Source: Mycobacteriales bacterium
GTDB lineage: Bacteria; Actinomycetota; Actinomycetes; Mycobacteriales; CADCTP01
Direction: 5' to 3'
Assembly: GCA_045806925.1 (NCBI GenBank)
Contig: JBJMII010000102.1
Span: forward strand, 1,478 to 65,477
Length of the DNA stretch: 64,000 nt
The notes beneath the pieces were generated by a model, which was not told the DNA's origin, searched no databases, and worked only from the letters and a program-made list of their open reading frames with translations. Of this stretch, positions 17,417 to 25,742 are shown piece after piece (within the stretch, counting starts at the first letter, position 1; every line of letters begins with the position of its first letter). The position numbers and the translations under genes are program-made.

Positions 17417-18418
17417 ATGAGCGCTGTCCGGGTCGCGCTGGTCGGGTCGGGACGGATGGGGTCCTTCCACGGCCGGACCGTGGCGCACCGGCTGCCCGGC
17501 GCGCAGCTGGTGGCGATCGCCGACCCGGCGCCGGGGGTGGCCGAACAGCTGGCGGCGGAGCTGGGCGCGCGGGCGTACCTGGACCCGATGGCGGTCCTCG
17601 CCGAGTCCGAAGTGGACGCCGTGGTGATCGCCGCGCCGGCCCGTTTCCACGCCGACCTGGTGGTCGCGGCCGCGGGCGCCGGCAAGGGGGTTTTCTGCGA
17701 GAAGCCGATGGCGGTGACGCTTGCCGACGCGGACCGGGCGGTCGAGGCGGCCCGGTCCGCCGGGGCCGTGCTGCAGGTCGGCTTCAACCGCCGCTTCGCC
17801 GCGGACTGGGCGGCCGCCCGGGCGCTGCTGGACGACGGCCGGCTCGGCACCCCGCGGCTGCTGCGCTCGCTGACCCGGGACCCGGGTGGCTTCGAGCCGG
17901 CCACCGTGCCGCCGGACTCGCTGTTCCTGGAGACGCTCATCCACGACTTCGACACGCTGCGCTTCCTCAACCCCGGTGCGGCCGCGGTCGAGACCTACAC
18001 GGCCGCGGACGCGCTGGTCGAGCCGGCCTGGAAGGACCGCGGACTGTTGGACACCGGTGTCGTCGTGGTCCGCTTCGACAACGGCGCCATCGGCACCGCC
18101 GAAGCCTGCTTCGAGGCCCGGTACGGCTACGACGTCCGCGGCGAGGTGCTCGGCTCCGGCGGGATGGCCACGATGGGCGACGGGCGCCGCACCGGCATGG
18201 TCTTCTCCGGCCACAGTGGACGGTCGGTGCAGACGGTCCGCACCGACGAGGAGCTGTTCCGCGACGCGTACACCGCCGAGCTGGCCGCCTTCGTCGAAGC
18301 GGTCCGCACCGGGACGCCGGCGCCGGTGTCCGGTGTGGACGCTCGTGCCGCGCTCGCGATCGCGCTCGCCGCCGCCGAGTCCGCGCGGACCGGGCAGCCG
18401 GTCGAGGTGGCCCGGTGA
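17417..18418 (+). CDS. Gfo/Idh/MocA family NAD(P)-dependent oxidoreductase (inositol/sugar dehydrogenase-like)
   Basis: VALVGSGRMGSFH Rossmann motif and the FCEKPMA (EKP) motif. GGGGAGGGA RBS. 333 aa. Confidence 0.8.
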   Translation: MSAVRVALVGSGRMGSFHGRTVAHRLPGAQLVAIADPAPGVAEQLAAELGARAYLDPMAVLAESEVDAVVIAAPARFHADLVVAAAGAGKGVFCEKPMAVTLADADRAVEAARSAGAVLQVGFNRRFAADWAAARALLDDGRLGTPRLLRSLTRDPGGFEPATVPPDSLFLETLIHDFDTLRFLNPGAAAVETYTAADALVEPAWKDRGLLDTGVVVVRFDNGAIGTAEACFEARYGYDVRGEVLGSGGMATMGDGRRTGMVFSGHSGRSVQTVRTDEELFRDAYTAELAAFVEAVRTGTPAPVSGVDARAALAIALAAAESARTGQPVEVAR

Positions 18419-18490
18419 GCCGGCTGCGCCGCGCTGACCCACCTCGATCCGGCCATGACCGACCGGGTGCGCGTGATCTGAGCGCGGGCG

Positions 18491-19246
18491 TCAGCGGCGG
18501 GCGGCGGCGGGGACGTCCAGCGGCAGCGTCTCCGGGGCACCCAGCAGCCAGGTCAGCGACACCGCGGCGACCGCCTCGGCGGCGAGCAGGCCGACGAGCA
18601 CGACCAGCTGGAAGCGGGCGGCCACGGCCGGGCTGGCGCCGCCGAACAGGGCGCCGATGAACGCCCCGGGCAGCGTGACCAGCCCGACCGTCCGGGTCTG
18701 GTCGATCGCGGGCAGCAGGGCCTCACCGGCGGCGGTCCGGACGATGTCGGCGACCGCCTGCCGCGGCGTCGCGCCGAGCGCGAGCCAACCCTCCACCTCG
18801 TCGCGCCGGGTGCGGATGCCGGCCAGCAGCTGCCGGCCGGCGAGCGTGCACGCGGTCATGGTGCCGCCGAGCACGATGCCGCCGAGCGCCACCACGTACC
18901 GGGCGGACACCTGCACGGCGCCGGTGCCGAACACCACCCCCAGGGTGAGCGACGCGCCGGCCACGCTGGACAGCAGCACCGCGCGCAGCGCGGTGGGGAA
19001 GGCCCGCAGCCGCCGCCCGGCGGTCCACGACGCGGTCGCCAGCATCACCAGCAGCACCGCGCCGGTGGCGAACGGGTACAGGAAGACCAGCCGCAGCACC
19101 GAGCCGATGACCGCGAGCTGCACCGCCGCCCGCACCGCCGCCACCACCACCTGCCGCCGCACCTGGACGCCCGCCACGGTGAGCAGGCCGGCCGCCGCGC
19201 CGGCGAGCAGCACCAGCGCGACCAGCAGCCGGGCGTCAGCCGCCAC
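18491..19246 (-). CDS. FetB/YbbM (UPF0014) family ABC-type permease; no ATPase partner gene nearby
   Basis: 251-aa polytopic protein with LPGAFIGALFGG and IDQTRTVGLV blocks. GGAGGAGGG RBS. Confidence 0.6.
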   Translation of the reverse strand: MAADARLLVALVLLAGAAAGLLTVAGVQVRRQVVVAAVRAAVQLAVIGSVLRLVFLYPFATGAVLLVMLATASWTAGRRLRAFPTALRAVLLSSVAGASLTLGVVFGTGAVQVSARYVVALGGIVLGGTMTACTLAGRQLLAGIRTRRDEVEGWLALGATPRQAVADIVRTAAGEALLPAIDQTRTVGLVTLPGAFIGALFGGASPAVAARFQLVVLVGLLAAEAVAAVSLTWLLGAPETLPLDVPAAARR

Positions 19247-19501
19247 GCCGGGCGCCCTCCTCCGCCGGGACCACCGTCAGCCGGTGCCGAGGGCGGCACG
19301 GACGACCGTGCCGTTCTGCGCGAGGACCTCCAGCCAGGCGTTCATCCCGCCCTGTCTACCAGCCGGTGCTGTCCGCCGCCGGCAGCCCGAACACGTGCCT
19401 GGACTCGTCCTTCGCCCGCAACCGCGACGGCTGGGCCGGCCGAGGCTCGCCGGCAGCCGGATCGTGTGCTCGCGCTCCCACCGCTCGGGAGGTGCAGGCG
19501 G

Positions 19502-19966
19502 CTACGTCTCCCCGCCGAGGTCGACGTGATAGGCCTGGTAGACCAGGTCCGCACCGCGCTCCCGATGCCGCTCGAGCCGGCCGAGCAGAGCCGTTCCGAG
19601 CTCGCGGATCACGCCGACCTCGCCGGCGGCCACCGGAGGCCGGACCCGGACCAGCAGGTCGCCGACGAGCCGGCTGATCTCGGCATGCTCGCCGATCAGG
19701 CGGCCGACGGAGCTCGCCAGCCGCGGTGAGGTCGCCAGAACGGCGCCGTGCAGGCCGCCCGGTCCCTCGGTGACGACGACGTGCTCGCCGAAGTCGGCCG
19801 ACAGCTCCACCAGCGCGACGTCGACCCGCTCGGCCCACGCGTCACTGCGACCGGGCGCGGACGCAGCCAACGCCTGCTCCAGCGCGGCCATCGACCCGCG
19901 CAGCTCGGCACGATGACGGCGAAGGGCGTCCAACCCCGGATCCTCAGCGCCGACGACCGACTCCAT
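19502..19966 (-). CDS. Conserved actinobacterial hypothetical protein (helical; possibly hemerythrin-like)
   Basis: ATG 19966 is preceded by AGGAGG. 154 aa, ending RHRERGADLVYQAYHVDLGGET. The functional assignment is weak. Confidence 0.5.
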   Translation of the reverse strand: MESVVGAEDPGLDALRRHRAELRGSMAALEQALAASAPGRSDAWAERVDVALVELSADFGEHVVVTEGPGGLHGAVLATSPRLASSVGRLIGEHAEISRLVGDLLVRVRPPVAAGEVGVIRELGTALLGRLERHRERGADLVYQAYHVDLGGET

Positions 19967-20206
19967 CCGCGCCTCCTGGTCCCGTGCTTCGATGCTCCCT
20001 CGGTCCCGGCCGCACGTCCAGAGCCGACCGGCGCGGCCGGGCAGGCCCGCGGGTCGCCGCCGGCGGTCGGGCCCCGGCAGCAGAGGCAGGGTCAGGCCCG
20101 GGGCTGTCTGGATCGTTATGGGCGGATCCCTGTTTGCCGGGGCCCGGACGGCGTATAAGGAGTGCCGGGAAGCGCCGGGAAAGCGCCGGGGCGATGGGAG
20201 CGTGCC

Positions 20207-21856
20207 ATGCGCGTCAGTCGTGCTCTGGCAGGGACTGCGGCCGTCGTGGCGTTGAGTCTCTCCGCGCCGGGTCCGGCGGCATCCCAGCTCGGACCCCCGC
20301 TCTGGCAGCAGGCAGTGCCGGTGACCAACCAGGTGGCGAGCTCGCCGGTCGCGGGCGGCGGGTACCACACGCCGGACGGCGTGTACGTCCCCGGCCGGTG
20401 CGGACCGGGGATGCTGAACTCGAACCGGTCGGAGTCGTGGATCGCGGCGAAGCGCGGGACCGAGGACCTGGTCGGGTCGTCGAAGTTCTTCTTCGACCGC
20501 TACAGCACGTTCTACAACTTCCATCTCGGCTCGTACGCGATCGTGAACGGCGCACCGGTGGGCAACAACCAGGTCCAGGGTTATGAGTGCACGACGGTCG
20601 GCACCCAGGCGATGCCGCCGAGCTGGACCCACAACACCGACCCGAACGTCGCCTTCGACACCCAGGGCCGGGCGTACCAGGTGACGTTGCCGTTCAACGC
20701 GTACTGGCAGAACCTGCACCCGAACGCCGCTGTGATGCTCTCCTACAGCGACGACCTGGGCCGGCGTTGGGTCACCGGCAACGGCGGCCGCCCGCTGGAG
20801 CAGTCGCCGAACGCGTCCAGCAAGCAGTTCGGCCACGTGGAGGACAAGCAGTGGGTGGCGGTCAACGACATTCCGGGCGACCGGTACCAGGACCACGTGT
20901 ACGCGGCGTGGGCCGTCTTCAACGGCTCGGCGACGAAGGTCCGGATGGCGGTCTCCCGGGACCGCGGGCAGAGCTTCGAGCGGGCGTTCACGCTCAGCGC
21001 CCCGGCGCAGGTCGGGCCAGCGGTGACCTACGTCTACCCGTCGGTCGACGCCGCCGGGGACATCTACGCGTCGGTGGTGTCGTTCCCGCCGAGCGGCAAG
21101 GCGTCCTCGATCTACGTGGCCCGGTCCACTGACGACGGTCGCACCTGGAGCCGGTTCGTGGCCGCCGTCCCGGACGTGGGCATCCTGCCGGCGGCCGCGC
21201 TGCCGAACACCAGGTTCCGGGACGGCATCGTGGAGAGCTTCACCGCCAGCAAGACCCATCCCGGGCACGTCTACCTCACCTACGAGGACTGGGACGGCGC
21301 CCAGTTCGACGTCTACTTCGCCCAGTCGACCGACGGCGGAGCGACCTGGTCACCGCCGGCGCGGGTCAACGACAACCCCGACCCGGCCGCCAGCGACCAG
21401 TTCCAGCCGTCGGTCGCCGAGGGGCCGGGCGGCGCGGTCGCGGTGGCGTTCTACGACCGGCGGGCGACCTGCCCCGAGGACCCCAGCGTCCTGCCGGCGG
21501 ACCGGGGCCGGGCGAACTTCTGTATCGACGTCTCGGTCCAGGCCTACCGCGACTCCGGGCAGGGAGCGGTGCCGGTGGGCGCGAACGCGCGCGCCTCCTC
21601 CTACACCTGGGACCCGGAGAACCCCGCGCAGCACGTTGGCGGCCTCGGGCAGATGGCGTGCGCCAGCCACGACGACCCCTGCCGACTGTCGTTCATCGGC
21701 GACTACTTCGGGCTCGCCGTGTCCACCGGCAACGTCTACGTGCTGTCGGTCTCCACCCACTACCCGTCGTCGGTGACCGCCGACGAGGGCGGCCCGGTCT
21801 ACTACCAGCAGCAGGTGCTCTCGACGCTGAGCAGAACGGCACTCGGCGTCGCCTGA
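20207..21856 (+). CDS. Secreted BNR/Asp-box repeat protein (sialidase-like beta-propeller)
   Basis: Signal-like N-terminus MRVSRALAGTAAVVALSLSAPGPAAS. Asp-box motifs SYSDDLGRRW, SRDRGQSF, STDDGRTWS and STDGGATWS. Confidence 0.75.
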   Translation: MRVSRALAGTAAVVALSLSAPGPAASQLGPPLWQQAVPVTNQVASSPVAGGGYHTPDGVYVPGRCGPGMLNSNRSESWIAAKRGTEDLVGSSKFFFDRYSTFYNFHLGSYAIVNGAPVGNNQVQGYECTTVGTQAMPPSWTHNTDPNVAFDTQGRAYQVTLPFNAYWQNLHPNAAVMLSYSDDLGRRWVTGNGGRPLEQSPNASSKQFGHVEDKQWVAVNDIPGDRYQDHVYAAWAVFNGSATKVRMAVSRDRGQSFERAFTLSAPAQVGPAVTYVYPSVDAAGDIYASVVSFPPSGKASSIYVARSTDDGRTWSRFVAAVPDVGILPAAALPNTRFRDGIVESFTASKTHPGHVYLTYEDWDGAQFDVYFAQSTDGGATWSPPARVNDNPDPAASDQFQPSVAEGPGGAVAVAFYDRRATCPEDPSVLPADRGRANFCIDVSVQAYRDSGQGAVPVGANARASSYTWDPENPAQHVGGLGQMACASHDDPCRLSFIGDYFGLAVSTGNVYVLSVSTHYPSSVTADEGGPVYYQQQVLSTLSRTALGVA

Positions 21857-21911
21857 CGAAACCCCGCGACCGCTGGTCCCTGCGTCCCGCACCGCTTCCC
21901 CTGCGGCCGCT

Positions 21912-22553
21912 TCAGCGCTCGGCGGCTGCCACCTGCCACACCGGAGCCGACGTCACCGTCGCCGGCCGCAGTCCGTGATCGGAGAGCACCCCGAGCATCG
22001 CGGCCGGTGGATGCGCGAACACCCGGAACTCGCTGCCTCGCAGTCGGAAGAACAGGTTCTGTATGCCGATGACCGCCCTCGACCACGGGGTTCGGGCCAG
22101 GTGGCTGAACACGACCTGCCGGCGCGCGTGCTCGGCGACGGCGCCGAGCAGCCTGGCGTAGTCGGGGTAGCAGCACACGACCCGGTGCAGGACCACGACG
22201 TCGGCGGGTTCGACCTCGTCCGGGGTGGCGGCGATGTCGACGATGCGCCGCTCGACCCGGTCGGTCAGGCCGGCGTCGACGAGCAACCGCCGGGCTTCCG
22301 ACTCGTACGCGGGCGACAGCTCGAGGTTCGTGGCGTGGGCGGCGCCGCGCTTGAGCAGCTCGACCTGGATGTCGCCGACACCGCCGCCGATCTCGAGCAC
22401 GGTCGCGCCCTCGACGCCGTGTCGCGCGATGAGGTCGACCATCCGCCCGGCGGTCTTGTCCAGGCCGCGCTTGCGGTAGCGGTTCGCGTTGCGGCGGGCG
22501 AACCGGTCGTTGAACATCCGGTCGCAGCCGCGTGGGTTGCAGCAGTTCGCCAC
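21912..22553 (-). CDS. Class I SAM-dependent methyltransferase
   Basis: VLEIGGGVGD motif I. 213 aa, with a Cys-rich N-terminus (MANCCNPRGC). Confidence 0.75.
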   Translation of the reverse strand: MANCCNPRGCDRMFNDRFARRNANRYRKRGLDKTAGRMVDLIARHGVEGATVLEIGGGVGDIQVELLKRGAAHATNLELSPAYESEARRLLVDAGLTDRVERRIVDIAATPDEVEPADVVVLHRVVCCYPDYARLLGAVAEHARRQVVFSHLARTPWSRAVIGIQNLFFRLRGSEFRVFAHPPAAMLGVLSDHGLRPATVTSAPVWQVAAAER

Positions 22554-22624
22554 CTACTGACTATCCCACCGGGGCGGGCGCGTTCGCGGGACGGCACCCA
22601 CTCGGCAGGCGTCAGCCCGATCCG

Positions 22625-22798
22625 TCAGCGGCGGAAGGCGTCCTTGATCTTCTCCAGCGCCAGTCTGAGGTTGCCCCGCCGCTGCTGAGCCTGGCCTTCG
22701 CGCGCGAGCCGCGGGTCTCCGCTCGCCGCACCGAGCCGCTGCTTCGCCCGACCGGTCGTCGCCCTCGCTCTGCCTCGCATCTTGTCGCCCGCAGCCAT
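22625..22798 (-). CDS. CsbD-family general stress protein
   Basis: 57 aa: MAAGDKMRGRARATTGRAKQRLGAASGDPRLAREGQAQQRRGNLRLALEKIKDAFRR. GAGGAGG RBS. The longer upstream in-frame ORF is rejected. Confidence 0.65.
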   Translation of the reverse strand: MAAGDKMRGRARATTGRAKQRLGAASGDPRLAREGQAQQRRGNLRLALEKIKDAFRR

Positions 22799-22827
22799 TG
22801 CCGCCTCCTCGCTTCGACGCCTCAGCC

Positions 22828-22853
22828 ATACCCGTCGCAGCAGGCCGGCATGC
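22828..22853 (-). promoter_or_regulatory. SigB/SigF-type stress promoter candidate (GCATG-N15-GGGTAT) upstream of the CsbD-family gene
   Basis: On the minus strand GGGTAT occupies 22833-22828 and GCATG occupies 22853-22849. The spacing fits the GNNTN-N14-16-GGGTAY pattern reported for actinomycete SigB-like sigma factors. Confidence 0.35.
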
Positions 22854-22874
22854 GGCCGTCGGAACCCGACGGTC

Positions 22875-23720
22875 CTACCTCGCCGTCCCCTCGAGGTCCC
22901 TCGCCTGGACGTCGACCTGCTGACCCGTCCGCCCAGCCGGGTCGCCGTGCTGGAGAGCCGGTGTCTTCGACGGCGGATGGAACCGGAGCGGCCACGAGAC
23001 GAGCCGGTGCGTCGTGCGGATGAGGTAGCCGCCGCGGGGGTCGCGGGGTACCGCGGCGGCCGCGCGGTCGACCAGCCCCTCGTCGTCACAGCCGAGGATG
23101 AACTCGACGAGCCGGCGCAGGGTCTGCTCGTCAGCGGCGCGGGCGCGGGACGAGACCAGCCGCCGGCGACGAGGGATGCCGTTGCTTGCCAGCCAGCGGT
23201 CGAGATGGCCGATGTGATCGAAGCGGCGGGGGTGGGCGGGGTCGCTCTCGCGAGCCAGCAGCGCGATGTCGTGCTGGTCCCCGTCCGGCTCCAACCCCGC
23301 TGCCACCGCCACCGCGTCCGGGCGGCAGTGCCCGGCGAGCGCCGCCAGCACCAGGTCCGCGCGTCGGACGTACTGCAGCACGTGGCACAGCAGCACCGCG
23401 TCGTACGCCGCCCCTCGGCCGGATGCGGTGAGCCGGGCGAGGAAGTCGCCGGCCTCGGCGCCGCCTGCGAGCGGCACCGGGGAGTAGGCGCCGAGCTCCG
23501 TGCGCAGCAGCCCGGCAAGTTGCCCACCCGGTTCCGCGCCGTAGTCCAGCAGGTGCAGGTCCGACAGCGGGGGCAGCGCCGACCTGGTCAGCTGGTCGAT
23601 GACGGCTCCGGCAAGGACCTGCGGCTCATCGGAGCAGTCGCGGAAGAGGTCGAAGTTCGACCGTTCCGCGTTGCTCCACACCAGCGACGGCCAGTCGAGA
23701 GGGCTGGGCGGCGTGATCAT
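22875..23720 (-). CDS. Methyltransferase-fold (class I SAM-binding-like) protein of unknown function
   Basis: LLDYGAEPGG (degenerate motif I) and DAVLLCHVLQYV. ATG 23720 overlaps the MTAP stop (ATGA). Confidence 0.5.
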   Translation of the reverse strand: MITPPSPLDWPSLVWSNAERSNFDLFRDCSDEPQVLAGAVIDQLTRSALPPLSDLHLLDYGAEPGGQLAGLLRTELGAYSPVPLAGGAEAGDFLARLTASGRGAAYDAVLLCHVLQYVRRADLVLAALAGHCRPDAVAVAAGLEPDGDQHDIALLARESDPAHPRRFDHIGHLDRWLASNGIPRRRRLVSSRARAADEQTLRRLVEFILGCDDEGLVDRAAAAVPRDPRGGYLIRTTHRLVSWPLRFHPPSKTPALQHGDPAGRTGQQVDVQARDLEGTAR

Positions 23721-24538
23721 GATTCACCAGGGCCTTGGTCGACGGCCGACCGCCAGTTGGGCAGTTGGTGAACCCCTGGGCTGTTGGCGCAACCGCACTT
23801 GCCGTAGGGCTGGTCCAACATCAAGGGCACCGTCGCCCGGACGAGCTGCTCGATGTCGCCGGCGTGCCGGCCGCGCATCATCGCGACATCCTCGTTGGAG
23901 ATGGGTTGATCGCTGATGCCCGCGCCATAATTCGAGACCAGCACCACGCACGCGTAGCAAAGCCCGGCCTCGCGCGCCATGATGGCCTCCGTGACGCCCG
24001 TGTGCCCGACCACGTCGCCGCCGAGAGTCCGGAACATCCGCACCTCGGCGGCCGTCTCGTACCGAGGGCCATCCACGCCGACGTAACAGACATCGTCGTG
24101 CAACGGCAGTCCGGCCGCGCTCGCCGCCGCCCTGACCAGGGACCGCAGGTGTGGGCAGTAGGGCAGCGTCATGTCGGTGTATCCGAAGCCGTGCTCGTCG
24201 AACAGGGTGGGCGGCCGATGCCGGGTGAAGTCGATGAACTGGCTGACGTCGACCAGGGCGCCGGGTGGCAGGTCCCGGCGCAGGGACCCGGCGACACACG
24301 TGGACAGGACGAGTTCGGCACCCAGGTCCCGCAGCGCCAGGATGTTGGCACGGTAGTTGACCCGGCTGGGCTCGAGCGGGTGGCGGGCGCCGGCCCGGCG
24401 GAGCAGCAGCATCTCGTCGGCGCCGACCGCGGCGACGTGCAGGGGGACCTCGCCGTAGCGGGTGGCGACCACCTGCAACCGGAGATCCTCCGCCTCGCCC
24501 ATCGACAGGCTGCTGGTCCCGATCACGGCGACCCTCAT
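23717..24538 (-). CDS. 5'-methylthioadenosine / purine nucleoside phosphorylase family protein (MTAP-like)
   Basis: MRVAVIGTSS..., VNYRANILALRDLG, GPRYETAAEVRMFRTLGGDVVGHTGVTEA. GGGGGAGG RBS before ATG 24538. The upstream in-frame extension is rejected. Confidence 0.75.
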   Translation of the reverse strand: MRVAVIGTSSLSMGEAEDLRLQVVATRYGEVPLHVAAVGADEMLLLRRAGARHPLEPSRVNYRANILALRDLGAELVLSTCVAGSLRRDLPPGALVDVSQFIDFTRHRPPTLFDEHGFGYTDMTLPYCPHLRSLVRAAASAAGLPLHDDVCYVGVDGPRYETAAEVRMFRTLGGDVVGHTGVTEAIMAREAGLCYACVVLVSNYGAGISDQPISNEDVAMMRGRHAGDIEQLVRATVPLMLDQPYGKCGCANSPGVHQLPNWRSAVDQGPGES

Positions 24539-24756
24539 GCAGCCTCCCCCGTCCGGCAGGTCCCCGGATCCCGGCTCAACGGCGCCGGCGTGACCGGCAT
24601 CCTCCCGTCCTCCGGGTGCCACGACCCCATGCGGGCCAGGCTCTCGGTCGCGAGCAGGCACTGTGCTGCCTGGAAGCTGTTCGAACTCAAGGCACTTGTC
24701 GCGAACATGCCTGATAGTGTCCTGGTGCGCTATTACTGTCAAGGAGTCCCTTCCTG

Positions 24757-24804
24757 CTGCGGGTACGCCGACCTGCGGGTACGCCGACCTGCGGGTACGC
24801 CGAC
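24757..24804. repeat. Three perfect tandem copies of a 16-bp unit (ctgcgggtacgccgac) in the divergent intergenic region
   Basis: Counted base by base: 24757-24772, 24773-24788, 24789-24804. The repeat lies 42-89 nt upstream of ATG 24846. Confidence 0.9.
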
Positions 24805-24845
24805 CGCGAGCTACCGTGCAGGTGTCCGGCGGGCCGGAGGGCAGG

Positions 24846-25718
24846 ATGGATCGTCGTGCGGCCGCTACACCCCGGCTGTTCAGCACGCACTCCCAGCACA
24901 TTTTCGAAGACAACGTCGACGATCGGGAGCGGCTGCAGCATCAGTTCGATCTCCTCCGGGAGGATTTCGACCTCTGGTTCGACGAGACCCTCCGCCTGGG
25001 TGGGCTGTCCACGGACCGGGACCGGGCCACCTGGTCGGTGCTGGACGTCGGGTGCGGCGAGGGTCAGTTCACCCGCGAGATCGCACGGCGCTATCCCCGG
25101 GCGCGGGTGGTCGGAATAGACGCGGACCGGGTGGCGATATCGACCGCAGCACGGCTCGCCGCATCCGACTCGATCGAGTTCCTGGTAGGTGACGCGGGCG
25201 GGTCACTGTCGCTGTCGCGGCGCGCCGGGGTCGGCTTCGACGTCGCGGTCATGTGGCTGGTCCTGCCCTATCTGCCGGACCGACGGCAGGCTCTGGCCAA
25301 CCTGGCCGCGGTGCTGCGGTCCGGCGGTGTCCTCCTGCTGGGCAACGTGCCGGACGAGTCGCTTCGACTGGATCATCCGGCGGCGACGGAGATCATGGCG
25401 GCCGCTCGGGACATGGTCGGGCGCCTCCGGCTGATCGGGCTGGAGGACACTCTCGCGCCGCTGCTGGAGGGGGCAGGCTTCGAGGACGTCGTCAGCGCGG
25501 TGTTGCGGTACCCGGTCGGTGGCGCGACCAGCTACGGCCAGCGCTGGCATGCGTATCTGCTCACCAGCCTGAAGGCCGCGAGAAACGCCGTAGTGAACGT
25601 GTGCGGGCTGATGGACGGAGCAGAGTTCGACCGGCATCTCCAGCGGCTGGCCGCCGAGTCGGTGCTCCAGATGTCCGGTGAGGTGCGCTTCCTCGCCACG
25701 CTCGCACGCCGCGCATGA
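24846..25718 (+). CDS. Class I SAM-dependent methyltransferase
   Basis: VLDVGCGEGQFT motif I. GGAGGG RBS 6 nt before ATG 24846. 290 aa. Confidence 0.8.
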   Translation: MDRRAAATPRLFSTHSQHIFEDNVDDRERLQHQFDLLREDFDLWFDETLRLGGLSTDRDRATWSVLDVGCGEGQFTREIARRYPRARVVGIDADRVAISTAARLAASDSIEFLVGDAGGSLSLSRRAGVGFDVAVMWLVLPYLPDRRQALANLAAVLRSGGVLLLGNVPDESLRLDHPAATEIMAAARDMVGRLRLIGLEDTLAPLLEGAGFEDVVSAVLRYPVGGATSYGQRWHAYLLTSLKAARNAVVNVCGLMDGAEFDRHLQRLAAESVLQMSGEVRFLATLARRA

Positions 25719-25742
25719 CACGCCCGACAGACCGGCGACCGC

